A stretch of DNA of 62,438 nt, counting the filler. It is 13 parts of 13 records of this genome, joined end to end, with 100 filler letters (N's around TTAATTAATTAA, not from the genome) between each part and the next. Parts side by side here need not be neighbours in the genome. Positions count along the whole stretch, not along the records: positions 18,503 to 23,968 come from SRR15195285_6894; positions 24,069 to 29,341 come from SRR15195285_6896; positions 29,442 to 33,646 come from SRR15195285_6902; positions 33,747 to 38,249 come from SRR15195285_6903; 9 more parts are not named here. One strand, given 5' to 3'. This document shows, piece after piece, positions 21,670 through 33,891 of this stretch. Made by a program: the position numbers and the translations under genes. Every line of letters begins with the position of its first letter. Positions within the stretch are counted from its first letter, which is position 1. The notes beneath the pieces are model-generated. The model worked only from the letters and a program-made list of their open reading frames with translations. It did not search any database and was not told the origin of the DNA.

Positions 21670-22691
21670 ATGTCGTACGTTGCCACGTCTACCGGCGATC
21701 ACAGGGTCCCCAACAAACTCGATCGCCCACGCAGCGACGAGACGCTAGAGGATGAGTTCCAGCGCACCGTGTGGGATGAGGTAGGTGCTTGTAGCTGCCG
21801 CGCGCGCGCAGCCTCGGCCGCACGTCGCGCTGCCCGCCGCCATCTCATCTCCGAGTGCACTTGCTGCAGAACCACAGGAAAAACGTAAACGACGCCAAGA
21901 TGCGTGCGGTATCCCAAAAAGTGCCCACCTATGACGACTTTCACCAGATGGTTCTCGGCGCCGACCTCAAGCCGATGGAGAAGAAGGACAAGGGGAAGAT
22001 CTCGATGTTCGAGGGTCTGTCGATGGACAAGAAGACGCAGTTCTTCGGATCGGATCTGTACAGGCAGAAAGAAAAGGCTGAGACGTTCGGTGCCCAGCCT
22101 ACCAAGGCTACTGGTGACGAAGCGGAAGATACCGGTGCCGAGGGCGCAGGCAAGTCATTCACGCCGCCGCGCAACCCGATGGAGTTCACGCGGGATTGGC
22201 AGAAGTCATGCCGCACGGCGGACGCGCGGGGGCGCTACCTGGCTGCCTTACCGGCGCAGGCAGACTGGTGGGGCAGTATGTTCAAGGGTGGTATCGATGT
22301 GGGCATATTAGGCGAAATTTACAAGTGCTGGGCGGAGGGGTGGGAAGCTGAGGCATCCGTTGGAACGCATCCCGGCTGCGAGGGCATGCAACTGCCGGGT
22401 AGCCTCACTGCTGCTTGTGCTGTGGCAGAGGCAATGGTGGGACTTGCGCGAACCAGTCGGTACGAGCTCAACCTCAGCCTGATGAGCAGCGATGAGCTGG
22501 ACGCTCTGCGCTTACTGTGCGAGAATGTCCGATCAACGCTACAAGCCGAAGTGACTGCGTCAGAGGCTGACGCTGGGGCTGCCTCAGCAGATAGCAGCAC
22601 AGTAGCCAGTGCTGTGCTTGCGCAGTTTTCTGAGAGTTATAGTGCGTACCTGGAAGAAGAGGGGGCGGAGCAGCTACCCATGGCAGAATAA
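21670..22691 (+). CDS. CCDC103: Dynein attachment factor (CCDC103/DNAAF19-like)
   Basis: NDAKMRAVSQKVPTYDDFHQMVLGADLKPM (dynein-attachment N domain) plus an RPAP3_C-like region PRNPMEFTRDW..RYELNLSLMS; intron 21781-21869. Confidence 0.85.
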
Positions 22692-22742
22692 GTCGTTGTC
22701 CGAGTGGTACTGTCAAAACATTCATTGCGTGGCCCGTAACAG

Positions 22743-23968
22743 CTACTCGGCTTCCAAAGGCTCGCTGGCCACAAAATGTGTCGCACACAGCGCCAGCACA
22801 ACGACAGGCACCACCATTTTCCACGTACCTCGTTTCTCCGCACCTTGGCGCGCTGGCAGCAGCGACACGATTGTCGACAGCACACTTAGCACGAAGAGCC
22901 AAACGCTGACACCCGACATCCTGAAAGACACTGGGGCCGCGGTGTCCTCGGGCTTGGCGTCAGGCTTCTTTTCCCAGCTGATCTGATAGTTGTGTATGTA
23001 CTGGCAGGCGAAGGCGGCTTCGCAATATGAGAAGTAGAACCGCCACTTCCTGTAGAACTCATCGTCGTACACCACTCCGAGCGGACTGATTGACGCCTTC
23101 AAAACATGTTCTCCTCTGCACCATGCTTCATGCCACAGTCTGAGCGTAGTAGCGTAGCTCAAGCCAATGTCTTCGACTTGATCCATGCGCAGTGCTGTCT
23201 GTCCATGAGTCACGCTCTTCATGACTTGCATGCTGGGCAAGACCGATCCAGGGAATATATGGCGCTTGATGAAGTCGCACCCTTGCAGCTGTGCGGCGTA
23301 CTTGTGATCTTTGATTGAGATGGCCTGAATGGCAACGCGGCCACCAGGACGGATCATAGTACTTAACATCTTGAAGTACCCAGGAAGGTGCTCGTGGCCG
23401 ACCGCTTCAATCATCTCACAGGACACCGCGTGGTCGAAGTAGCCAGGGCCGTACTTTGCTTCTAATTCCCTGTAGTCGCTGAAGACGATACTGATCCGAT
23501 CGGACAGGCCAGCCTGCTTGACTCGCTTCGTGGCTTCGTCAAACTGCTCCGTGCTAATCGTGACTCCAGTGACTCGGCAGCCAGTTGTCGTGGCAGCACG
23601 AATCGCAAAAGCACCCCAGCCGCAGCCGACTTCCAGGATGTGCTCATCTTTTTTGACCTTCGTTTTGGCGATCAGAGCGTCGATTTTGTTCAGCTGAGAC
23701 TGATACAAAGAATCTTGCTCAGTCTTGAAGATGCCGGATGAATACTGCATGGTATCGTCTAAAAACAGCTTGTACATGTCGTTCCCAAGATCGTAGTGTT
23801 CCTGAATATTCTTGCGGCTGCCAGTTATCGTATTCGATCGAGACAGATGGTACAGGGACTGGCCTGCCGAGCCGAGCCAATTGAGTACACCCAAACTCGC
23901 CTGGGCAGCGTCGACGTTATCGATATTGTGGGTCAGGACAAGGATGGAACGTGGGCTGCTGTGCTGAC
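22743..23968 (-). CDS. Cyclopropane-fatty-acyl-phospholipid synthase family SAM methyltransferase (5'-truncated)
   Basis: SRKNIQEHYDLGND, MQYSSGIF, LEVGCGWG, EMIEAVGHE, FIKRHIFPG, WRFYFSYCEAAF; frame stays open to the contig edge. Confidence 0.92.
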
Positions 23969-24068
23969 NNNNNNNNNNNNNNNNNNNNNNNNNNNNNNNN
24001 NNNNNNNNNNNNTTAATTAATTAANNNNNNNNNNNNNNNNNNNNNNNNNNNNNNNNNNNNNNNNNNNN
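23969..24068. other. Artificial contig spacer
   Basis: N44-TTAATTAATTAA-N44. Confidence 0.99.
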
Positions 24069-26755
24069 AGCTCAAACAAATCGTCGTCGGACTAACGAGT
24101 GGTCTGTCTTCAATTTTTTTCATCACCTGCATCATGGTGCTTGTGTACTACTTGTATGCTGTCGTTGGTCTAATGATGTTCAAGGCCAACGACCCTCACC
24201 ATTTCCCAGATCTGCATAATGCAATGATCAGCCTGTTTCGTGCATCTACCTTCGAGGATTGGACCGACGTTATGTACATCAATTATCTGGGGTGTGACAA
24301 ATGGGGTTATGCAGACCCCCTACCCAACGCTAACGATCCCAGCAAAGTTGTGGAGTGCACACAATCGAATGGTGGAAGCGGAGCAGCGATTGTGTACTTC
24401 CTCTCATTTGTCGTCGTCAACGCTTTCATCGTCCTCAGTCTCTTCATCGGGGTTGTGACATCGTCCATGATTGATGCGAGGTCTGACGCGTTGCGCAAAT
24501 CGTTGGAGGCACAACTCCGCGAACAGCTAGAAAAAGTATTTCCAGTGTGGCTCGCCTTTAATGAGGAGGGCAACGCGAGAAGAGCGCGGTTTAAGGCAAC
24601 CTTCAACGATATTGATGACGACGACAGTGGTTTCATTGTCCTTGACGAGCTCAGCGACTGGCTGACAGATCAGAAGGTCCCTTGGTCGAAAGAACGGAGA
24701 GTGACGTTGCTGGATGGCCTGGTCGTCCCCCGAGACGACCCGGTAATCAAGGATGAGCTTAACCTCTCGCAATTCATTCGGCTACAGAAGGCAACCGAAC
24801 TGGGCAAGACACCCAAAGAGTTGCAGCATCAGATAGCAATCACGGAGGGTCGGTTGCGTGTCAGGATGCACTGGCGACCGAACCCACCGCCGCGGATGCA
24901 GATTGATGTCGTTGTGGTAGAATGTGAAGGGCTTAAACAGATGGATAGATTCCTGTGCTTCACTGGCGAGAACGATCCGTATGTGAAGGCTACAGTGCTG
25001 GGCGTGAACAAGCAGACGGATGCCATTGACGGAGGAGGTTCAAATCCGAGCTGGAACACGGATGGTCAGCCCGGATCGCTGCTACCTTTTGAAGTCTCCG
25101 AGTTGCCTGGTGAGATCTGGATTCGAGTATACGACGAAGATGAGGCTAGCGCAGACGACCTCATAGGAATAGGAAAAATTGACCTCGCCGGCAAGCGACC
25201 CGACATACAGTGGCACTTGGATGACCACTGGGTTCAACTTTACGAGACATACGGCACCACGGACGACAAGAAAGGCAAGCAGTCAGGGCGAGTGAAAGTC
25301 AAAGTGCAATTCGATCCGACAGAAAGGGCAGACGCAGAGGCGAAGCGTGCAGTTGGCCGTCCACAGGGGTCCATGACAGCTGTAAACTTGGACAAAAAAG
25401 GATTCACAACGAACAGAGAGGGGGGTGAACAGCTGGGAGAGTTTGAGTTCACGATCATGTCAGGCAAAAACCTGACGGCCCAGGTAAGCACATTTGCAAA
25501 TTTTCCGAATGCCACCAAAATAGAACACACACGGGGCCATGGCAACGATGTGGTACAATGATAGGCCCTCACGTAGTCCTGTCTGGTATTCGTGTTGCAG
25601 GATGCATTTGGAGACAACGACGTCTACGTAGTGACAACCGTTGGGGTCGGTAAAGCTGACATGCTGAAAGATGAGCAAGGGGCGCTGTGCGGCATCCTTT
25701 CGAATCGTCACTGTCCAACCGCTCTCGGTGAGTTTGCCTTGAACACCTGCTCAACATTTACTCGAGCGGTACGGTTGCTGATCCCTCCGTCTCACGCAAC
25801 AACTGCCCTGCCCGTTCACAACTTCGCAGAAGCTACTAGGGTGGCTGAGGGCAGTGATGATGAGGATGAGATGGATGATCCGTACACATGGCGGTCAGAG
25901 ACAATCGACGGTGGTGGCTGCGATCCTCAGTGGTTTGCGGGCGGGGAAACTAAATCATGGCGTCTGGCCTCTTCGCCTAGATGGATTCTGATTCGATCCA
26001 TGGACGAAGATCTCGATGATGACGACCACATTGGCACAGGAGTGGTCAACATCAATCAGTACTTCGGAGCAAAGCTTGAGACCATGCAAACCATCCTCGC
26101 AGAGGATGAGAAGCTAGTTGAGAGAATCATCCAAACCGAAGGACGGAACGCGATAGAGGAGAAGCTTCTAGAACAGTCACACGAGCAGTTCAAGACAACC
26201 TACGGGTGCTCCTTGGAGCAGTTGGAGTCAGGGAAGCACGAGTGGAAATGTGAGGAATGGATCGACGTGCAGCGTGAGACCCCGGACTCATTAGTGGACT
26301 CTGGCTGCAACACGGAAGACTTCCACGATGCAGATGCAGCCGAAGAGGTTCGGAAAAATCGGGAGCGTCACATGGAGGACCAGAAGCTACTGTGCCATCT
26401 TCTGAACGGCGGGACAATGGAAGACGCGGTTGTCATGACTCCAGCGGAACCACCGGCTGACTTACCGATGTAAGTGCACCCCTTTTCTCCATGATCTAGG
26501 CGCTCTTCCTCGTACAGGCACTATTTGACCGCGCACGCTGACGAGCAATGACAAATGAATTCGCGCAGGGATACACCAGCTGTGGACGAGCCGAGCACGG
26601 ATCAGCTTGAGGCTGAATTAGGCGGCTCCCCTGTAGTTGACGAGGGTCTTGAAGCGTCAGACAAATCGATGGGTGCTGAGGAAGGAGCAACGGCGACACA
26701 AGGAGCAGGGGAGCTGCCCCCTGGTGAAAGAGCCGGTGAAAAGCTGCTGCCATAA
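24069..26755 (+). CDS. Voltage-gated Ca/Na channel-like pore domain with EF-hand and tandem C2 domains (5'-truncated, multi-exon)
   Basis: S5-P-S6 with LFRASTFEDWTDVMY and LFIGVVTSSM; EF loop DDDDSGFIVLDE; C2 motifs NDPYV/GGSNPSW/YDEDEASADDLIG and NDVYV/GGCDPQW/DEDLDDDDHIG; introns include 25483-25600 and 26471-26568. Confidence 0.85.
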
Positions 26756-27100
26756 AGTTGCATTCGTATTTCGCCCTCGATACATCATTTTTCATTTGCG
26801 AACACTACTTCTAATCGCATGATGGTTAGAAAATCGTATCACACCGTAGATCCGGTTGTCGGAACACATCTCTTGCGCAGCCGTCTCGGGCGAAGCTTTG
26901 GCAGCGCTCGGTGCACTGATGCAGACAGCATTGCCCGCAGACACAGTCAGGTCTTCAGAGGATCCTGCGGGTGAAATATGCGAAAGAATGGATCAATACT
27001 CGTCAACCAATCCGACTCATACGCTACCATTGCCACTATTGCCGGCGTGCTCATGGTGTTGTGCCTGCAGGCACAAGAGGCGCGCCACTACCATCGCGGC

Positions 27101-29341
27101 TTACTTGCCTTGGCCTTTTGACTGTCGCTGGTTCAGCTCATCCCTGGCCTTGTAGAAAGCAATGATGTCAGCATCTGCCTGAGGATTTCCTGTCAGCATC
27201 GGACCTGCCGCCTTTTTCGCAGCGACAGTTCGTGGTGTGTTGATTCCTGCCCCGCCAGCACCCGGGGCCCCTAGCTCGAGTGTGGACGCCCGAACTGACG
27301 CCACCGCACCACCAGACCCTTTGGACGCGCGGACGGCGTCTGCCTTCTCACGAGCCACGGCCTGTCGAGCCGCTGTACTGAACCACGATTCGAAATCCTT
27401 TTGCAAAGTCTTCCGACTGCGCTCAAGCATAAGTTGAAGGTGCTCGATCTCGCCCTTCAAGGCCTTGAGTTCAGCATAGCCACGCTTATAGTTGCCCTTC
27501 TCCTCATCGATCTGTGCTTTGGCACGCTCTTCCTCAGGATCTACCTCTGGCTCGGCCCCACCATCGCTGCCGTCGTCCATAAGACCTTGTGCGGCACGTT
27601 CTTTCCGCAGCTGCTCGATGGTACCCTTCAGTGAGTTGATGCGCGTGCGGGTGGCATTGACCTGCGCTGCGAGACTCTTTGCGGCCGCATATTTCTGCTT
27701 CAATATGGCCTTGTTCTCTTCAATGGCTTCGTTCTTGCGATAAGACTTCCGGAAGTGTTCAAAGGATTGGTTACGATCCCGCAATAGCTCAGTATCCACA
27801 AGCTGCTCCATTTCTGCAACGCCACCTCCGTCTGCCAATGAACCATCGAGCATGTGGAGCTTCACCGGCGGTTCATCACGCCCCGGGGCTGCACTCCCCT
27901 GTCCTTCTGTTGGTGTTCCAACCTGTCTTGATCCAGCAGCAGCTTCCTGCTTTTCTCGCGCTCTCGCGGAGAGCGACGCCACACGATTGTCGTGGGCACT
28001 GCCACCACGCTGCTCACCCTCGCCACCGCCTTGTTCCCCGCCGCTGGCTTGCCTCTTGTTGAGCATTGCCACTAGGATATTGATCTCGTTGTCACGTTGC
28101 TGCAGCTGCAATCTGAGCGTTTCCAAGTCAGCATTTCCCGAATCAGTGCCCCCGCCACTAATTATTGCACCGCCTGGCAGGGCGACAGATGCAACGGCAG
28201 TGCCAGGGCGCGCGTTGGCTTCTTGTAACATCGTCTTGAAGATCTTGAAGGTCGCCCGTAGCTTCGCGTACTCTGCGACGTTGAGCGTCGCGTCCTCTGA
28301 CGGATCCGCAACGTAGGCTCGCACCAGCTCCATCAGACGAGCTTTCTCCTCATCAGCCAGTTCAGTATCGCCTCGATCCATGGCCTCTCCCTTCAGCATG
28401 GCGATCTCCTCTCGCAGCTCCTTGTTCTCCTGTTTGAGGCGCTTGATCATCAGCTGCGGGTCGAGCTGCTCATTGATCGTGGCCTCGTTCTTTACCATTG
28501 CTACGCGCTGAGCGAATCGACATGTCGAAATGGACTCATCCATGTTGCGCAACTCGGAGCTAATGGTTGCAATCATCGCAGTCTTGCAGTTGCCACCCAG
28601 GCTGTCACGCAGGACGCCAGTCATCATGCTATTGCGGTAGGGAATATGACCTCGCTTCTCGCTGAGGGCCACGATCACCTGCTCCAAATAATGCAGCGAA
28701 AGGTTAATGTACTTGGCCTCCGCCAGCAGCTGCCCACCAGCCTGCGTCTTGTGTACGCGCTCAGATCCGGCCAAATCAACCAAATTGAACTTTGAGCGAC
28801 GGATCACGTCCGAACCGACGCCGCGCGACTCGATCGTTACGGTGAAGATGCAGTGCGAACGAGAGGAGGCAAGGTTCATCGGTGTCTCTGCAATCATGCG
28901 ATTTGTGTCGCCGATGAACAGCAGATTGAGCGCCTCCTCCTCGGTGTTGGCCATCGTGGCGGAAAGATTCCGCATGTGAACGTTGCCATCCTCATCTTCT
29001 TGCATCGTCACGCGCGGTAGATCTTCCAACTTCTGCGTCTCCTTCGATTGGTCGAGAAGATCATAGCCAGTCTCGTTGTACAGCTCCAGATACGACACGT
29101 AGATCTGATGCTGGCGGTCGTGGCGCTTGCCACATTCCGCAAAGATAAGACTGAGCGCGCGCGGAATCAGGCCGCGGTCGGCGTAGCGCTCGGCGCCGCC
29201 AGTGATGGTGAAGGTCTTGCCGGAGCCAGTCTGGCCGTACGCGAACACCGTCGAGTTGAAGCCATCCAGCGCGTTGGTCACGGCCTCTGTCGCCACCTTT
29301 TCAAAGATGTCCTCTTGCTTGGCGTTTTGATCAAAAACCTT
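27101..29341 (-). CDS. KIF6: Kinesin-9 family motor, KIF6-like (5'-truncated)
   Basis: GQTGSGKT, NLASSRSH, VDLAGSER, YINLSLHYLEQVI, HIPYRNS; KIF6-type tail LTGNPQADADIIAFYKAR. Confidence 0.9.
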   Translation of the reverse strand, partial: KVFDQNAKQEDIFEKVATEAVTNALDGFNSTVFAYGQTGSGKTFTITGGAERYADRGLIPRALSLIFAECGKRHDRQHQIYVSYLELYNETGYDLLDQSKETQKLEDLPRVTMQEDEDGNVHMRNLSATMANTEEEALNLLFIGDTNRMIAETPMNLASSRSHCIFTVTIESRGVGSDVIRRSKFNLVDLAGSERVHKTQAGGQLLAEAKYINLSLHYLEQVIVALSEKRGHIPYRNSMMTGVLRDSLGGNCKTAMIATISSELRNMDESISTCRFAQRVAMVKNEATINEQLDPQLMIKRLKQENKELREEIAMLKGEAMDRGDTELADEEKARLMELVRAYVADPSEDATLNVAEYAKLRATFKIFKTMLQEANARPGTAVASVALPGGAIISGGGTDSGNADLETLRLQLQQRDNEINILVAMLNKRQASGGEQGGGEGEQRGGSAHDNRVASLSARAREKQEAAAGSRQVGTPTEGQGSAAPGRDEPPVKLHMLDGSLADGGGVAEMEQLVDTELLRDRNQSFEHFRKSYRKNEAIEENKAILKQKYAAAKSLAAQVNATRTRINSLKGTIEQLRKERAAQGLMDDGSDGGAEPEVDPEEERAKAQIDEEKGNYKRGYAELKALKGEIEHLQLMLERSRKTLQKDFESWFSTAARQAVAREKADAVRASKGSGGAVASVRASTLELGAPGAGGAGINTPRTVAAKKAAGPMLTGNPQADADIIAFYKARDELNQRQSKGQGK

Positions 29342-29441
29342 NNNNNNNNNNNNNNNNNNNNNNNNNNNNNNNNNNNNNNNNNNNNTTAATTAATTAANNN
29401 NNNNNNNNNNNNNNNNNNNNNNNNNNNNNNNNNNNNNNNNN
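29342..29441. other. Artificial contig spacer
   Basis: N44-TTAATTAATTAA-N44. Confidence 0.99.
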
Positions 29442-29466
29442 CACACACACACACACACACACACAC
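29442..29466. repeat. (CA)n microsatellite at contig start, probably intronic
   Basis: About 12 CA units. Confidence 0.95.
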
Positions 29467-29518
29467 CTTCTGCGGTCCACTGCTGACTGTTGGTGCTCCT
29501 GGCCACTGCGTTTTGCAG

Positions 29519-31040
29519 TGAAAACAGCGATGGCGAAAGCCTTCGGCGTCCACAACAAACTGTTCACTTCGGTCCCCTCCGCGTCGAGTCCGAACCGTGA
29601 GCTGATTGCACAATTGCGCCTCTCGATCGGAACCATCTACTGTTCCCAGAACCATGGGCTCTAGTCTGACAGCTGGTCCTGCCGACTGCTGGTCCAGACC
29701 TGTTTTCGCAGTCTGCGACCTCGTGTGGCGTCATGACGAACGTCAATTATGGCAAATGCAACAACGGCACTGGTGGCGTGACGTTTCCACAGCTAACAGT
29801 CTACGATTCTATGATTCTGCACAACAAATCAATCAAGTTCTACATAAATTTGACCAACACGCAAGTCTGGAACGATGACGGCGACAAAGGTCACGACCAT
29901 CGTTCTGCGCCTTGCTCTGACGCTGCTGCTGGCCAGGGTATCATGGGCGGCTCCGAGTTCCCTGACGTATGCATGGACGGCATCGCGCGCCACAAAAACC
30001 ACTTCATGAACTACAGCACGTTTTTCGTACGCTACGAGTCCTCTGTGTTTTTTTAAAATTTCTTAACTGTTATCCAATTCTGTGATTCACACGCCTTGTG
30101 TCTTTGATGTATTTCTATTTGATTCTGCAGGCGGACGCTGCGGCTGGCACGCTTCCGAACTTCGCAATGATCCAGCCCAATGGCTCTCGTTGCGACCACC
30201 CATGTGCCGATATTGCGCACGGTGAACGGTTGGACAAAGACATCTACGAAGCACTGCGAGCTGGGCCTGCATGGAACAAGACATTGTTTCTCATCGTCTG
30301 GGATGACGTGAGTTGACTACATGCCTCTAGGTCCATCTCACCAGCCAAAAAGGGACCCTCGCCTGAAAGCTGATCATGCTCATTGTTGCGCACGACAGAT
30401 CGGCGGTTTCTACGACCACATTGTGCCACCGCACGAGGGTGTTGCAGCGGACGAAGCACCGTGCCACGTCACAGATGGATGCCCGTCGAAGTTTGACTTC
30501 AAGCGATTGGGTGGCCGGGCACCAGCTTTCCTCATGTCGCCTTGGATTCCCGCTGGGACTGTCTTTCAAGAGCCCAAGGGCAAATCTGCGACTTCGCAGT
30601 TTGACCTCAGCTCCATCCCCGCGACTGCGAAGGAGCTGTTCAACCTCACGGCTTGGTTGACGAAACGAGACGAGTGGGCCGGCGCATTCTACGAGCTGCT
30701 GACGCTTGACGAGCCAACCAACCAAGGTCCGATGCACCTGCCCGATGCCCCTCCGGGCTACGAGGAACGGATTGCAGGAATGGAATCACGTCGAAGGCTG
30801 GCGACTAGCGAGGATTTCCAGATGGCTGAGGAGGCCGTGCCTCAGCATTGTGGGAGGGAAGAGCAGACCTGCGGAGGGCAGGGAGTTGTCACTACCAAGC
30901 AGCGTCGCAAACTAGAGGAGATAACTGCTCTAACTCACACTCCGATGCCGAACACTGACCAGATGTCGTTCGATGAGGCAGATGCTTTCTTAGCGGAACG
31001 TTTCTCGCACTGGATGAAATATGATTATCCTCGTTGGTAA
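29519..31040 (+). CDS. Phosphoesterase family protein (non-specific phospholipase C / acid phosphatase-like), 5'-truncated, multi-exon
   Basis: TSVPSASSPNH, FPQLTVYD, GTLPNF, CDHP..GERLDKDIYEALRAGPAWNKTLF, GGFYDHIVPP, FDFKRLG.R.PAFLMSPWI, FDLSSIPAT. Confidence 0.88.
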
Positions 31041-31293
31041 GTGTGTCTTACTGGGGTGCCACTCAAGAGCTAATGCCGTTTGTGGCTGTATGTGCGTGTG
31101 GAATAAACAAGAAGTGGGTCTTAGACACCTCTAGAGACAGCTTGTTCGAACACGACACCACTACTAGTACACTTTTCCACACAGCAAAGCTCGCCTTGAC
31201 CGTGCATTGTCGAGATGCACAGACTTCTTGTCTGCATGGTGGTTGGCCTCGAAACGACGAGTCAAATCGCCCCTGACGAGTCTCTACCATGCC

Positions 31294-33470
31294 TCAGCGT
31301 CGCGAGGTCAGTAGACTGTCGGCACCGAGCAACGGTAACAGATTGATCGACGCTTTCTTCTTGGTCAAGACGAAAGTCAGATCCTTGCGGAACATGCCGA
31401 CATGTGCTCCCGGCTTGAGTGTGTTCTCTCCCGCGATTCCATCTGGTACTGTCAGTGTGCACTTCGCGGAGTAGTCTACCCACCCAGCTTCGTAGGCACC
31501 AGAGTGAACAACTCCGTTCGGCAGTATCGTTTTCCCAGTGCCATCACGAAGCCCGTTCTAAGGACGTTGCCCAGACCATACAAGTCAAATATTGATCAGT
31601 AGGTTGCCGTTGATCAACTGAACAGCGACAAGACAACACAGGTGGATCGACTCACCGCGTCAAAGGTGCCCTCGTACTCAACCCCGTCCGGCCAGATGTG
31701 TTTGCCATTCAGTGGCACAAGGTAGCGAACGGACCCAGGACCCGCTGAGCCCTGTTTTCAATTTGTACGGTTTCGTGTAAGCTGGAGCCACCAAACTACC
31801 ACTACGCTGCGCACTGGCTGTATCTGCTGCACTGGCGACGCACCTTGATGACGCCGTTGCCGAGTCTGTGTCGAAATTCGCCTTCGATGGTCCCTACCGC
31901 GAGGGTTAGTGTACCTGTGGCCTTGAGTTGTTTGGATGCATCCTTGCTGTCAAAGATTCCGTCATCCAGCCAGCCTACCCACGAGGCATTCAACGATGGC
32001 CAGGTGACCTTGACCTCACGTGATCCTCCTGCAGAACGTGCACAACGGGAAGACCAGCTGCTCAAACCTGTCCGATTCAAGCACATGGCAGCAACAGCAG
32101 CTCGAAGCAAGGCTGCGTATCCACAACTTGGTGTCGGTCAGTCTCACCTTTGTGTGGGTCCCTTCCGATCTTTGGCTTGCCCGAGGAGGTTTCGTCGTCA
32201 TAAAAGAGGTCCATGATGGAACCGTCGTCACATTTCACCGTACAGGCCCCCACAGGCATGCCGTCAAAGAAATGTCCGGTGACAGTCTCAAGGACGTTTT
32301 CATATCCAGCGCCAGAGGCAGGCCGCCGCCATTCGCCGTGTCCAGACCTTTTTCCATTCTTCCACTCACCATTGTACCACCCAGATCCTTCTGCTGACGG
32401 CAGAACTTCTTTGCCTTGCCCATGCGGTAAGCCATCAACCCAATTTCCGACATACTGCCGGCCACTCGGGCTGAGGCAGGTGCCATGGCCAGCTGCCACG
32501 AACCCTGCAACGCTACCAGTGTAGATGGATCCGTCCTTCAAGGTCATTCGCGTCTGGCCGTTGCCGTTCGGCTTCCCATTTGCCCACTCGCCCTCAAACC
32601 AACACCCGTCTGGCCTCTCGATGCGCGCAGCCCCATGCGCTTGACCGTTGACCCATGCTCCGGTGAGCAGAGTACCGTCCGGCCACTGGTAGGTTCCCTG
32701 GCCATGTGGCTGCGATCCGTCCTCAGACCAGTCCCCCTCATACCAGCTCTGCGGCCCTGAGCTGTTACCTGCATCCGCTGCGGCGCCAGCGCTCTCAACG
32801 ATGCCAGGAGTGTCCGCTCCGTCGCTCCACGGCGCTGCCGAGGGGCGCATGACCGAGCCTCTTGGTGGGACAGCCTCCGCTGCACAAGCACGTAAAACCA
32901 CAGTGGTGAGGGCACGGAAGAAGGACGGACGTGCTCAGGCCGATGCTCACGGATGCTCGCCGAGAAGGTTCCCATCAGTTCACGGAAGTACGTGAACACA
33001 GCGCTCAAGTCCTCTTGGCTGAGAACGAACTTCTCCCGGAGTGTGAGGATCTCGTCTGGGGTTGGGTCGCTCCCGGGGCTGGTGCGGAGAATAGTCTGCA
33101 CCTGAACGATCAGCGCTTTGCGGCCGGCCTCTCCTTCGAGTTCGAGGTTGTCGAGACACGGCGGCGGGTTGTCGTTCTTTCGGTTCTTGAGGATGCTTGC
33201 TGGATATGCTGGGTTTGGGTTATCAGTGGGTTGAGGCTCTGCCTGCCGCTCCTCGGCCTCAGCGTCGGCGCTCGTATCGTTTGCGGAGAGTAACATTGCT
33301 GCCGCAAGCTGCGCCTTCTCCTCTGCCGAGCCACGCGCCAGCGGGGCGGCCTGAGCCGAACCAGCGCCCGGCGCCGGCGCCGGTGCCGGCTCCGGTTGAG
33401 CATCGGACTCCTGCACCAGCTCCGGTTCGGGCTCTGGCTGGCTGGCGCCCTCATCGCCCGAATCACCCAT
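31294..33470 (-). CDS. MORN-repeat protein, multi-exon
   Basis: Repeated YEGDW..PHGQG, FEGEWANGKPNGNG, YVGNWVDGLPHGQG and YNGEWKNGKRSGHG units; last exon traced to a TGA at 31294-31296. Confidence 0.8.
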
Positions 33471-33646
33471 TCAGCTCTACTATGCGAGCCAGCCGTGGTG
33501 GCCGGAGAGAGCCAGCCGGAGAGAGCCAGCCGGTGTGGCCGCGGCGCGGGACGATGCGTCTCGCGCGTGGCTGGCGGCGGCACCCAGCGCGCGCAGCGCG
33601 GCGGCGCCTCGTGCATTTGAGATTTGTTATGATTTCGAAAAAAAGG

Positions 33647-33746
33647 NNNNNNNNNNNNNNNNNNNNNNNNNNNNNNNNNNNNNNNNNNNNTTAATTAATT
33701 AANNNNNNNNNNNNNNNNNNNNNNNNNNNNNNNNNNNNNNNNNNNN
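33647..33746. other. Artificial contig spacer
   Basis: N44-TTAATTAATTAA-N44. Confidence 0.99.
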
Positions 33747-33891
33747 CCGTGGAGATCAATGACTGCACGTGCGACAATAGCAGCTTGGGGGCGCGGCATG
33801 TGAGGCTGCTGGGTCGCAGTGGTGCTTGCGGTGTGTCCTGAGGCGAGCTTCGCGAGGGGGGTCCGCGGTGTCGGTGCGGTTAGCTTGGAAG

